Positions 1 through 8,960 of a stretch of 64,000 nt of DNA are shown one piece after another. The stretch's first letter is position 1; every line of letters starts with the position of its first letter. Under the pieces are notes generated by a model, which was not told the DNA's origin, made no database searches, and was given only the letters and a program-made list of their open reading frames with translations. The stretch is from an uncultured Clostridiaceae bacterium (GTDB lineage Bacteria > Bacillota_I > Bacilli_A > RFN20 > CAG-288), in the NCBI GenBank assembly GCA_964427595.1, contig CAYRUQ010000003.1, positions 1,852-65,851 of the forward strand, written 5' to 3'. A program made the translations under genes and the position numbers.

Positions 1-2745
1 AGAAGTGACTTCTTCATTGTCTGAAATATAAGTAACAGTGACATTGTTAACGACGCTAGCAGAGAAAGTGTACTTTCCATCTGCTTCAGCAGTTAAAGTC
101 TCAGTAGTATAGCTACGATCAAGAGTAACAGTTCTAACACTATAACCAGAGTCGGGAGTGATGGTTAAAGTAACGGTGTCACCATATGAATAAGCATCTT
201 TGTCAGTGGTGACAGTTCCGTTTTCACTAGTGACATTAACAGAGTAAGTGTTAGAAGAAGCACCATAGCTAGTGACAACACCCATAATCTCATGAATTGA
301 ATTATAGACAGTATAGATGACATTCATAGTGACTTCATAACCATCTTGCATATCAGCAAGAGTAGTTTGAGCGTCTCTAGGATTGCTCCAAGAAACGACA
401 CCATCAACTGCGCTTAAAGCAGATTCTGTTGTGGTAGCTCCATAAATCATAATGCTATCGCCAGTAGTAGGATCAGTTAAATAACCATTGCCGAATTGGT
501 CGCCTTCCCAACCTTCCATGATGCCAGAAACTTGGTAAAGAACACCTTCTTCAGCATCGCCAGAGATTAAGTCACTAATGGTAGTAGCGGTAGGCTCAGG
601 CATGGTGGTATCAGTGTCGCCACTAGCATCTTCGTTTACCTCAGCATCAACAGCGATGGCTTGGATATAACTAGAAGAAGAATTATAACCATAGAAGTAA
701 GCAGTGACATCATAAGCTTTACCGGCTTCAAATTTACTATAGAGCTCACTTTGATTGCTGACAGAGACTAAACCGATAGAAGTTCCATTGTAACTGAAGT
801 AAACATTATAGCTCTCAACACTAGTACAAGTTGCGGTAAAGGTATAAGGTTTAACCATAGTAGTAGGAATAGGATTTGATGTGCCATATCCAGTGAAGGC
901 AGCTACAACATCATCGGTGAGGGCAGTATCACTTTGAACTGTAGGAGCATCATTAGAGTCAAGTAAGGTATAGTCGTTGACAGCGTTGACTTCAATAGTT
1001 CCGTAGTAGTTAGTGACAGTACCTTCAATCTCATAGTAGTTACCGACAGTGAAGTTGCCGATGAGAGAAGAACCATAAACAACGATCGCACCAGTTCCAT
1101 CATCGAACACCATAGTGTTGTAGTTGTTAGAGGCGACAGCGACACCTCTGAAGAGGACAGTTGTATCATCATCAGTGATCTCGCTGATAGCTTTGACAGT
1201 GAGTTCTTCCTCAACTGTGACATTGATAGTCTTGGTGACATCACCTAAGGTCGCAGTGATGGTGGTAGAACCAGCAGCGACACCAGTGATGGTATAAGAA
1301 TAGCTTCCTTCATCAGTGACGGTAGCAATATCTTCATCAGAGGAAGCGACAGTTAAAGTGTCAGCAGAACCAGAAGGTGTGAGGCCGACGATAGTGACAG
1401 AAGCAGAGCTTCCAGCGTTGACGGTGACATTATAAGAGCTGACTTGGACTAAGTTCTCAGTGACATCAAGAGGAGTGACGCTAGTGATGTACATAGCGGC
1501 ATATCCGTTGGAGGCAGAATAACCACCGAAGTAAGCTTCGATCTCATAGTAAGCATAAGAATTGATGGTGAAGGTGTCAGGCATATAAGAAGGCTCTAAG
1601 ACGACATCAGCACCATCGAGGTTGATGGTGGTATATCCGCTTAAAGTAGAAGTGACAGTCTTCCATTTATACTTGACGACATCAGTGGTGGTGAAGCTAG
1701 AACCGATGAAGCTTTCTGCTTTTTCAACAGTTAAATCAACGGCATCAGCGACAGTTCCGCTCCAAGCAGAAGAGAGAATAGTGACTTCAGCAGAAGAAGT
1801 GAATTGAATTAAACCGTTATAAGTGGAGTAACCAGTATATCCACCACTGGAAGAAGCGACGTTTTTAACCTTGACGTGATTACCAATAGCATAGGTGGAG
1901 GAAGGATCAGTACCGAGATAATAATAAACAGAACCGGTTCCATCAGTAACTAAGAACCCTCTTGTGGTCAAAGCGACGATTTCACCTTCGATAGTGACAG
2001 CTTGTGAACCTAAGAGAGTAGAAGTAAGAGAACTGATTGTGGTGATTTCTTCATCACCGACGACGATGGTGTACTCAGCATAGTTACCATCAAACTCCTT
2101 GTCGGTAGCTTTGATCGTGACGCTTCCTTCACTGACACCAGTGACGACACCTTCATCGTTGACAGTGGCGATAGTCTCATCAGAAGAAGTCCAGTTATAA
2201 TCGGAAACAGCATTCTTTCCGCTGGTGGAAGAGACAGTGAAGGAGATGGTTTCTCCGACACCGACGACATCGTTAGAAGGACTGATAGTGACAGAATCAT
2301 AAACGCTGATGTCGATAGAAGCAGAGACATCACCATAAGCGACGGTGATAGTGGCAGTGCCAGAACCCATCGGATAGATGACTAAACCGGAAGTGGTGAT
2401 GACATCAGTGTCAGAAGAAGTGACGGTCAAGAGGCCTTGATTGATGGCGTTAGGTTGATTGAAGACAGGATCAGTGGTGAGGCTGATCGTACGATAGCTG
2501 TCGGTAGTGAGCCATCTTGCTTGTAACTCCTCAGCGTTAGTGATCTCGATGGAGTTGATTGACTCGGGTAAACTTGAAGAGGAGGAAGATGAAGATGAAG
2601 AGGAGGAAGAAGTAGAAGAGGTGACACTAGAAGTGACACTTGAGTCAGTGTTAGAAGATGTTACGGACGAAGCATCTGTGGAACAACCAGCTAAAAAAGC
2701 TAAAGACAGCAAACCGACGATGGAAAACAGGAACTTCTTTTTCAT
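1..2745 (-). CDS. Surface lipoprotein, first 915 aa only (3' end runs off window); Big_2-like Ig domains plus repeated beta-rich modules
   Basis: Absent from the ORF track because no stop lies inside the window. ATG at 2745 follows AAAGGAGG. Translation starts MKKKFLFSIVGLLSLAFLAGC (lipobox), then a poly-Ser linker. Later segments such as SSDETIATVNDEGVVTGVSEGSVTIKAT are typical of bacterial Ig-like group 2. The frame was open in every segment I translated down to nt 1. Confidence 0.75.
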   Translation of the reverse strand, partial: MKKKFLFSIVGLLSLAFLAGCSTDASSVTSSNTDSSVTSSVTSSTSSSSSSSSSSSSSLPESINSIEITNAEELQARWLTTDSYRTISLTTDPVFNQPNAINQGLLTVTSSDTDVITTSGLVIYPMGSGTATITVAYGDVSASIDISVYDSVTISPSNDVVGVGETISFTVSSTSGKNAVSDYNWTSSDETIATVNDEGVVTGVSEGSVTIKATDKEFDGNYAEYTIVVGDEEITTISSLTSTLLGSQAVTIEGEIVALTTRGFLVTDGTGSVYYYLGTDPSSTYAIGNHVKVKNVASSSGGYTGYSTYNGLIQFTSSAEVTILSSAWSGTVADAVDLTVEKAESFIGSSFTTTDVVKYKWKTVTSTLSGYTTINLDGADVVLEPSYMPDTFTINSYAYYEIEAYFGGYSASNGYAAMYITSVTPLDVTENLVQVSSYNVTVNAGSSASVTIVGLTPSGSADTLTVASSDEDIATVTDEGSYSYTITGVAAGSTTITATLGDVTKTINVTVEEELTVKAISEITDDDTTVLFRGVAVASNNYNTMVFDDGTGAIVVYGSSLIGNFTVGNYYEIEGTVTNYYGTIEVNAVNDYTLLDSNDAPTVQSDTALTDDVVAAFTGYGTSNPIPTTMVKPYTFTATCTSVESYNVYFSYNGTSIGLVSVSNQSELYSKFEAGKAYDVTAYFYGYNSSSSYIQAIAVDAEVNEDASGDTDTTMPEPTATTISDLISGDAEEGVLYQVSGIMEGWEGDQFGNGYLTDPTTGDSIMIYGATTTESALSAVDGVVSWSNPRDAQTTLADMQDGYEVTMNVIYTVYNSIHEIMGVVTSYGASSNTYSVNVTSENGTVTTDKDAYSYGDTVTLTITPDSGYSVRTVTLDRSYTTETLTAEADGKYTFSASVVNNVTVTYISDNEEVTS

Positions 2746-2786
2746 GATTTATCCTCCTTTTTGACAATCATGTTTAACTACTTTAA

Positions 2787-3269
2787 CTACTGAAAGAACA
2801 CTTCGTTTTGTATATCCTTAAGAAGTTGAGAATATCTCGACTTTTTAAGCAATCCTAGGGTAGTGAAAATGATACCTAAAACTAGCATCACTCCACTGGC
2901 GACGAACATGATGATGGAGACATAAAACTCAGGGCTTGACATGACAAGCTGATGGTTATTGGCCGGCTTATGGGCAAGAACGAAGAAGAGGATAGCGAGT
3001 ATCAAGACGATGACGCCGATGACATTGAGACACATGCCACTTGAGAAGAAGTTTCTTCCTCTTTGAATCTCAGCATGAGAAGCAGCTGATAAAGACTTGA
3101 TATCAGCTTCATCAAGATGGTGATGAACAAGATATCCGCATCTCGGGCAGATGTACTGAATATCAGTCTCTAAATCGACCACCTGATCCTCTCCATATAA
3201 ACCGAGAGAGTTAGCCTTGCTTTCGATTTTATCGATGTTGAGATTCTTGCCGCAATGGCTGCAATACAT
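2787..3269 (-). CDS. Zinc-ribbon membrane protein (2x CxxC, then 2 TM helices)
   Basis: ORF 2787..3293, start moved to MYCSHCG (AAGGAGG 8 nt upstream). Motifs CSHCG...CPRCG, followed by two hydrophobic helices. Confidence 0.6.
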   Translation of the reverse strand: MYCSHCGKNLNIDKIESKANSLGLYGEDQVVDLETDIQYICPRCGYLVHHHLDEADIKSLSAASHAEIQRGRNFFSSGMCLNVIGVIVLILAILFFVLAHKPANNHQLVMSSPEFYVSIIMFVASGVMLVLGIIFTTLGLLKKSRYSQLLKDIQNEVFFQ

Positions 3270-3289
3270 GAACAAACCCTCCTTTGTTA

Positions 3290-4756
3290 TCAAGCTTCAA
3301 AAAGCTCAGTGGGTTGGAAGTCTTCACTGCTGCAGAGATTGATTTGATAAGAAATATTTCCAGTAGTGGAAGACTTGTGATAGGTGTAGATACCATAGTT
3401 GAGGGTGAAAGTATATCCTTTAAAATCATCAACCGTAGTGAGTCTAGTACCATTGAGAACACCGTTTGTTCCATCGTTTAGACGATACAAGAAAGGAACA
3501 TAAAGGCTATAATCGAGTCTATTTCCGTTGGTATCTTGTAAATAAAGGGTGAACTCAGTGGCATCATCGCTAGCATAACCTCCATAGACTTGCACCTCTT
3601 GGGTCAGTCTGACAGGAGTGTTGAGATACTCGTAAGTGGCATAGCCTAATTCGGTAGGTGCTAATTCAGCGATGTGAAGTTGAGTGAGCTCATCAGTGTT
3701 TTCACTAGCTTCAACTAAGACTTGAGCAGCGTTATCAGCGGTGGAATAAAGGTTGAAGTTACCATCAGTCAATTGGAAACCGAAATTCTCTGATTCTAAG
3801 GCGAGACCACAAGCTTCGATATAAGCGTTAGCGGTGGTGTATTTAGAGGAGATAGAACTCATACCGGTGTAGAAGTTGATACCAGCATAGGTATCAGTTT
3901 CAGCATCATATTGATTGATATATAAGATATTGTTGGAATAACCAGCGACAGTGCCGGTGATTCTGACTTTGACGTTGTCATAAGCATTCTCATAAGTGGG
4001 ATCTTCTAAAGTCTTGATGACTTCAGCTTGAAGCTCAGCGATAGAGACATCCTCATAATCACCATAGTTGTATAAAGGATCATCTTCACCAGAGAAGAGG
4101 TTAAGTTTATAAGCTTGAGCCTGAGCTTCAGCAGCATAGAAGATGTCAGCAAATTGAGGGACATAAGAGACGTTCTTGACATTAGACCAACCTTCTTGGA
4201 CGATCCAAAGGTTCAATAAAACGAGTTCAGAAGGATCTGCGTTTTCTTTCTCAGTGTTGATCCAAACTAAAGTGACATATCTCTCACCGGTGGTGTCATA
4301 AGAAGGAGCTTCATAAGTGTCTAAAGTCGTACCGGTGATGACGATCGTTCCAGATTCATCAGCAGCTTGTAATTTCTCTTTATTGAAGTTAGAAGCACCT
4401 CTTCCGTAAGGTTGAACAGAACCGGTGCTCTCAGGAGTATCGATACCATAGTAACGAGATTTGATTCTAGTGCCATCAGCAGCATAGAAGTGAGCGGTGT
4501 CACCATCGATACAAGTCGCTAAATCGACCTGTTCGATACCATCCTCTAAGAAGGTCTTTCCTTCATAATCGAGGTCGAGAGTGACCCCACCATCGTGGAC
4601 ATAGTCAACCCAGTCCGCTAAGGTGACACTGGAAGTGTCATCTTCAGTGACTGAACTATCGATAGAGGATGTTGTTGAAGAAGCGATAGCATTATCACAA
4701 CTAGCTAAAGTAAGAATCAAAGGAAGAGCGAATAACCATTGTAATTTCTTTCTCAT
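3290..4756 (-). CDS. Thermonuclease (staphylococcal nuclease, SNase)-like lipoprotein with a C-terminal beta-rich extension
   Basis: Lipobox LTLASC. SNase core motifs CIDGDTAHF...RYYGIDTPES...QPYGRGAS...GERYVTLVW. Start moved to MRKKLQW (GAGGAGG upstream). Confidence 0.8.
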   Translation of the reverse strand: MRKKLQWLFALPLILTLASCDNAIASSTTSSIDSSVTEDDTSSVTLADWVDYVHDGGVTLDLDYEGKTFLEDGIEQVDLATCIDGDTAHFYAADGTRIKSRYYGIDTPESTGSVQPYGRGASNFNKEKLQAADESGTIVITGTTLDTYEAPSYDTTGERYVTLVWINTEKENADPSELVLLNLWIVQEGWSNVKNVSYVPQFADIFYAAEAQAQAYKLNLFSGEDDPLYNYGDYEDVSIAELQAEVIKTLEDPTYENAYDNVKVRITGTVAGYSNNILYINQYDAETDTYAGINFYTGMSSISSKYTTANAYIEACGLALESENFGFQLTDGNFNLYSTADNAAQVLVEASENTDELTQLHIAELAPTELGYATYEYLNTPVRLTQEVQVYGGYASDDATEFTLYLQDTNGNRLDYSLYVPFLYRLNDGTNGVLNGTRLTTVDDFKGYTFTLNYGIYTYHKSSTTGNISYQINLCSSEDFQPTELFEA

Positions 4757-4767
4757 AAAATTCCTCC

Positions 4768-6228
4768 TCACAGATTATTCTTGGCTGTATTTTCAGCATT
4801 AGCGAAGGCGGTGTCGATATCAGAGAGTCCAGTGAAAACCTGGGCGATGATACCACCGACTGCATCTCTAGCATAAGCAGAGCCTTTGAAGACAGGAGTG
4901 TTGTAATAAGAGCCATCGATCTCTTCGACGACAACTTTAGCGACATCTCCGATCATCTCACCAGAGTTGGAAAACTCTTGGAATAAGGCAGTCTCGTAGC
5001 AAGATTCTCTGACTGCAACATAACCTTCAGATCCGTTAATACAAAGCTGAGTATTGACATCAGTCGAAGTTAAATACTTCAAGAATTTATAAGAATAAAG
5101 AGCCTTCATGCCGTCTGTATCATCAGCGGCATTCAAAACAGTGGCTGTTAATCCTTGAGTGACATAAACCGGGTTATCAGGATTGAAAGCCGGAACCGGG
5201 CAGATACCGACTTCAAATGCGCCACCAGAAGGATAGTTATAACCAGCACCACCTGATGAACCGATATCAAAGAGACATTTCTCAGCGGTGAAGTAACTAG
5301 AACCATAAACACCAGTGGTGTCTTTAGTGGTCAAGATCTTATCATCATGAGCCTGTTTTAACTCAGTGACCATCTCTTTAGCTTCATCATTATTGAAGAG
5401 AATGCTTCCGCTTCCATCATCGTTATAACCGATGAACGGGATATCATTTTGCATACAATTGGTGATGAAAAGGTTGGAATCAGAATCATAGAAGCAGGTG
5501 TAGAAATCACTGACGAGAGAGTGATCATAGCTTGAATCATAATAGATCCAATAACAGAAGTCCATGAACTCATCCCAAGAGAGAGAAGCTAACCAAGTAG
5601 CTGCTCTTGAGGTGGTGGTCAAGGAAGTGTTGTACTCCATCGCTAAAGGAAGGACGATTGAAGCGTTGTAATACATGACTTCAGTCGACTTCATCAAAGG
5701 AAGGGAATAGACGCCTTCAACAGCGTAGTTAGAACCTTCTTGATAGAAGACATCGACGAAGTCAGAGACATCACCATCTCCGATCCATTCTTCTTTACCA
5801 AAACCGACTTCATCATCATTGATATACTGGCTCAAATCGACGACGAAATCGCCTCTGTTAGTCTCTCTGGCGAGATACTCAGCGACATGGTCAGGATAAG
5901 CGATCGCTAATGAAGGTTGAGTGCCGGTTGTAAAAGAAGTGAGGATCTTAGTTAAGATATCATCATAGCTTCCTTGATACTGAAGCTCGATGTTGATCGT
6001 GATGCCGTCATTCTCTAAGACGAGCTTTTCAAATTCATCGATTCTGGTCTCTAATTCGGATTGAACTGTTTGACCAGAAGTGTGCCAAAAGTAGATCGTG
6101 TAATTATCGCTAGTGGCAGTGGTAGAAGAAGTGGAATTATCAAGAGAACTATTTCCACTTGTACAAGAAGAAAGCCAGCCTGAAAAAGATACGAGAAGCG
6201 CTAGGGCTAGGGCTTTGTTTGTTTTCAT
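4768..6228 (-). CDS. ABC transporter solute-binding lipoprotein (family-1 sugar type), paralog 2
   Basis: Lipobox LSSC plus Ser/Thr linker. Shares blocks with the 6295..7890 product (YPDHVAEY, VYSLPLMKSTE, SPVFKGSAYARD). Lies next to the MalFGK-type permease and ATPase genes. Confidence 0.8.
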   Translation of the reverse strand: MKTNKALALALLVSFSGWLSSCTSGNSSLDNSTSSTTATSDNYTIYFWHTSGQTVQSELETRIDEFEKLVLENDGITINIELQYQGSYDDILTKILTSFTTGTQPSLAIAYPDHVAEYLARETNRGDFVVDLSQYINDDEVGFGKEEWIGDGDVSDFVDVFYQEGSNYAVEGVYSLPLMKSTEVMYYNASIVLPLAMEYNTSLTTTSRAATWLASLSWDEFMDFCYWIYYDSSYDHSLVSDFYTCFYDSDSNLFITNCMQNDIPFIGYNDDGSGSILFNNDEAKEMVTELKQAHDDKILTTKDTTGVYGSSYFTAEKCLFDIGSSGGAGYNYPSGGAFEVGICPVPAFNPDNPVYVTQGLTATVLNAADDTDGMKALYSYKFLKYLTSTDVNTQLCINGSEGYVAVRESCYETALFQEFSNSGEMIGDVAKVVVEEIDGSYYNTPVFKGSAYARDAVGGIIAQVFTGLSDIDTAFANAENTAKNNL

Positions 6229-6294
6229 GTTTAACCTCCTTCAGACTGGCTTTGTCTAGTCTGTGATTAAAAGTTTAAGTTTTTAGTTGTTAGA

Positions 6295-7890
6295 TCAGAG
6301 AGCGTTCTTAGCGATGTTCTCGTAGTAATCAAATTGAGAATCAAGATTTGCTAAGAATGTAGCAGTATCAGTAGCTAAGGTCCAAGTCATCAAACCTTCG
6401 ACGGTATCTCTGACATCAGCAGAACCCTTGAAAACGGGGCTGGTGTAAACATAATCGTCGACGGTAGGTAAGTATTCCCAGTTTCTGGCTAAAAGCATAT
6501 CTTGGGTGCCAGTAGTCTGTTCTTCGGTATTAGAAGCAGCTTCATATTGAGCGGATTCATAGAAGGAGTTTCTGATGCCCATGTAACCAGTGTTGATAGA
6601 CCATTCGATGCAGTTAGTCTCATCGGTGAGAAGCTTCCAAACGACATAAGCAGCTTTTGCTCTGTTCTCATCGCCTTTATCTAAGACGCAGAAGGAAGGG
6701 CCTTGAGAGATCTGTTGATTGTAGTTGTCTTCAGTGATATTAGCACCAGTGATCTCTTGAGTACCGATCGTGGTATCTCCGACCTCAGCGTGAGGGATAG
6801 GAGCGACAGCGACATCAGGAGTATTGGTGCTCCAAAGATAAGTGACACCAGCGGTGGAAGAGACGGAGAATAAGCATTGGTTAGCGGTGAAGAGGTTAGA
6901 GGTATAGCTACCAGTGGTACCTTGAGAGACGATGTATCCGCTATTAGCCCACTCGTTGAACTTGGTCATCAAGTCCTTCATACCTTGGTTGTTGAAGAGG
7001 ATCTCACCAGTACCGGCTTCATTGATACCAGTGTAACCAAGACCATATTGCTGAGCTAAAGTGATGAAGAGGTTATCATCAGAGTCATAACCTAAGATGG
7101 CGGTATCACTCTGGCTGAAATCTAAGAGCTCAGTATCATTCTCGTTGTACCACATCAAAGCAGGGCAGAGTCTTTCGAAGAATTCTTCCCAGGTCAAGTC
7201 AGCGAAGTAAGCATCATTTAAAGGAAATCCATCATTGATACGATCGATACCAAGTGCGTCGCAAGCTGCATTTAAGTTGAGACCATTTAAGACGCCTCTG
7301 TTGTAATAAAGACCTTCAGTGGACTTGGAGAAAGGTAAGGAATAGACACCATCAACGACATACTCACTACCTTCATCAAGGAAGGCTTCGATATAGTCGG
7401 CCTCATCTTCATCAGTGAAACCGATAGTCTCATCGGTGATGTAGGGCTCTAAGTTGACAGCCTTACCAGCGTTGATGTAATCGGCGACATGATCAGGATA
7501 GCAATAAGCTAAATCAGGATAGTTGTTAGCAGAGAAACCTTGTAAGATGGCGTCATGAAGATCGGAATAACCCATGGAATTCTGGAAGGTGTTGGTGATC
7601 GTGATGTTAGGTTCGAGCTCTTGAACTCTTTCGAGCATCGTGTTGAAAGCGGTCTGGTTACTGGTACCGATCGTGGTCCAAATCTCGATTTCAACAGGTT
7701 CAGTGATGACGGGAGTGTACTCTCCATCAGAAGTAGTAGTAGATGTAGTAGTAGAAGAATCAGTAGAAGAAACAGCATCTCCGCCGGAACTACTATCACC
7801 AGCAGCGACTGATGAGCTGTCAGTTCCACTAGAGCAGCCAGCGAGAACTAAAACTGAGAGTAAGGGCAAAACTTTCCAAAAACTCTTCAT
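6295..7890 (-). CDS. ABC transporter solute-binding lipoprotein (family-1 sugar type), paralog 1
   Basis: Lipobox LAGC plus Ser/Thr linker. Blocks YPDHVADY, VYSLPFSKSTE, SPVFKGSADVRD. Confidence 0.8.
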   Translation of the reverse strand: MKSFWKVLPLLSVLVLAGCSSGTDSSSVAAGDSSSGGDAVSSTDSSTTTSTTTSDGEYTPVITEPVEIEIWTTIGTSNQTAFNTMLERVQELEPNITITNTFQNSMGYSDLHDAILQGFSANNYPDLAYCYPDHVADYINAGKAVNLEPYITDETIGFTDEDEADYIEAFLDEGSEYVVDGVYSLPFSKSTEGLYYNRGVLNGLNLNAACDALGIDRINDGFPLNDAYFADLTWEEFFERLCPALMWYNENDTELLDFSQSDTAILGYDSDDNLFITLAQQYGLGYTGINEAGTGEILFNNQGMKDLMTKFNEWANSGYIVSQGTTGSYTSNLFTANQCLFSVSSTAGVTYLWSTNTPDVAVAPIPHAEVGDTTIGTQEITGANITEDNYNQQISQGPSFCVLDKGDENRAKAAYVVWKLLTDETNCIEWSINTGYMGIRNSFYESAQYEAASNTEEQTTGTQDMLLARNWEYLPTVDDYVYTSPVFKGSADVRDTVEGLMTWTLATDTATFLANLDSQFDYYENIAKNAL

Positions 7891-7915
7891 TTGATTTCCT
7901 CCTTTTTGAAATCAA
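7891..7915 (-). promoter_or_regulatory. Perfect 8-bp hairpin that displays the SD of the first SBP gene in its loop
   Basis: The mRNA reads UUGAUUUC-AAAAAGGAG-GAAAUCAA-AUG. The stem arms are exact complements and the start codon directly follows the 3' arm. Confidence 0.35.
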
Positions 7916-7960
7916 TCTTTTTAATATGGTCAATCCCTAGTGAGGGTATCAACACCGAAA

Positions 7961-8941
7961 TCAGCCTTTGATGCCGGCTCTGCCGACACCTTTCATGATG
8001 TACTTTCTGAAGAAGATGAACAGTAAGAAGAGAGGGACGGTGACGATGACGGTAGCGGCCATCTGATAACCGTATGAGGTTCTACCAGCATCAGCATCAG
8101 TGAAGCTAGAGCTTCTAAGACCATTAGAGATGAGTCGGTATTCATCAACGGAAGTGACGAGGTTAGGCCAGACGTAAGAGTTCCAAGTTCCCATGAACTT
8201 CAAGATAGAGATGGAGATCAATGTAGGAGCAGCAAGAGGAACCATGACTCTCCATAAGAACGACCAGTCTGACTTACCATCGACTTTAGCAGCTAAGTAG
8301 AGCTCGTTAGGGATCTGTTTGAAGTTCTGTCTTAATAAGTAGATGTAGAAGACGGAGATGATGAACGGGACGATCATAGATAAGTAAGCGTCAAGTCTCG
8401 TCTGCGAAGATCCGATCCAACCGAAGCTAGCGACGGTGATGTAGTTGGTGATGACCATCATCTCGCCCGGGATCATCATCGTCATCAAGAAGATCATGAA
8501 GACAGCTTCACGACCTTTGAAACGAAGTCTAGCGAAGGCGAAGGCGGCTAAGATCGTCGTGATGAGAGTGCCGAGAGTCGAGAAGAAACCGACGACGACC
8601 GTGTTGACTAAGTAAGACAAAAAGTCAAACGACTGGAAGACATAGACGTAGTTAGACCACATGATGACAGTCGGATATAAAGTTTGTGTGACGCTTTCGA
8701 TTTCTGAGAAGCTCTTTAATGATGTGATGATCATCCAGTAGAAGGGGAAGATCATGATCAGAGCTAAGAATAAGACGACGACATAGAGAATGATCGTCGA
8801 GATGATGGAAGAGACTTGTTCTCTTTTTCTCATCGTTTCCACAGTCTGTCCTGAATCAGCTAAAGAGAGGGTGATATTTTGGTTGATTCTGATCTCAGAG
8901 AAATCTGTGTACTGGCTCTTTTTCAGTGATATGCCAAGCAT
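7961..8941 (-). CDS. ABC transporter permease (MalG/UgpE-like)
   Basis: Multi-TM protein with EAA-loop LAAKVDGKSDWSFLWRVMVPLAAP. The second ATG (8941) has better spacing to AAGGGGGTGA than the ORF-track start 8947. Confidence 0.85.
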   Translation of the reverse strand: MLGISLKKSQYTDFSEIRINQNITLSLADSGQTVETMRKREQVSSIISTIILYVVVLFLALIMIFPFYWMIITSLKSFSEIESVTQTLYPTVIMWSNYVYVFQSFDFLSYLVNTVVVGFFSTLGTLITTILAAFAFARLRFKGREAVFMIFLMTMMIPGEMMVITNYITVASFGWIGSSQTRLDAYLSMIVPFIISVFYIYLLRQNFKQIPNELYLAAKVDGKSDWSFLWRVMVPLAAPTLISISILKFMGTWNSYVWPNLVTSVDEYRLISNGLRSSSFTDADAGRTSYGYQMAATVIVTVPLFLLFIFFRKYIMKGVGRAGIKG

Positions 8942-8960
8942 TATCATTCACCCCCTTTCA

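Noticed and set aside
2507-2764. Plus-strand ORF encoding a poly-Glu/Asp stretch (EEEDEDEEEEE)
   Set aside because: It is the antisense shadow of the poly-Ser linker of the minus-strand lipoprotein. It has no SD and lies entirely inside that better-supported gene.
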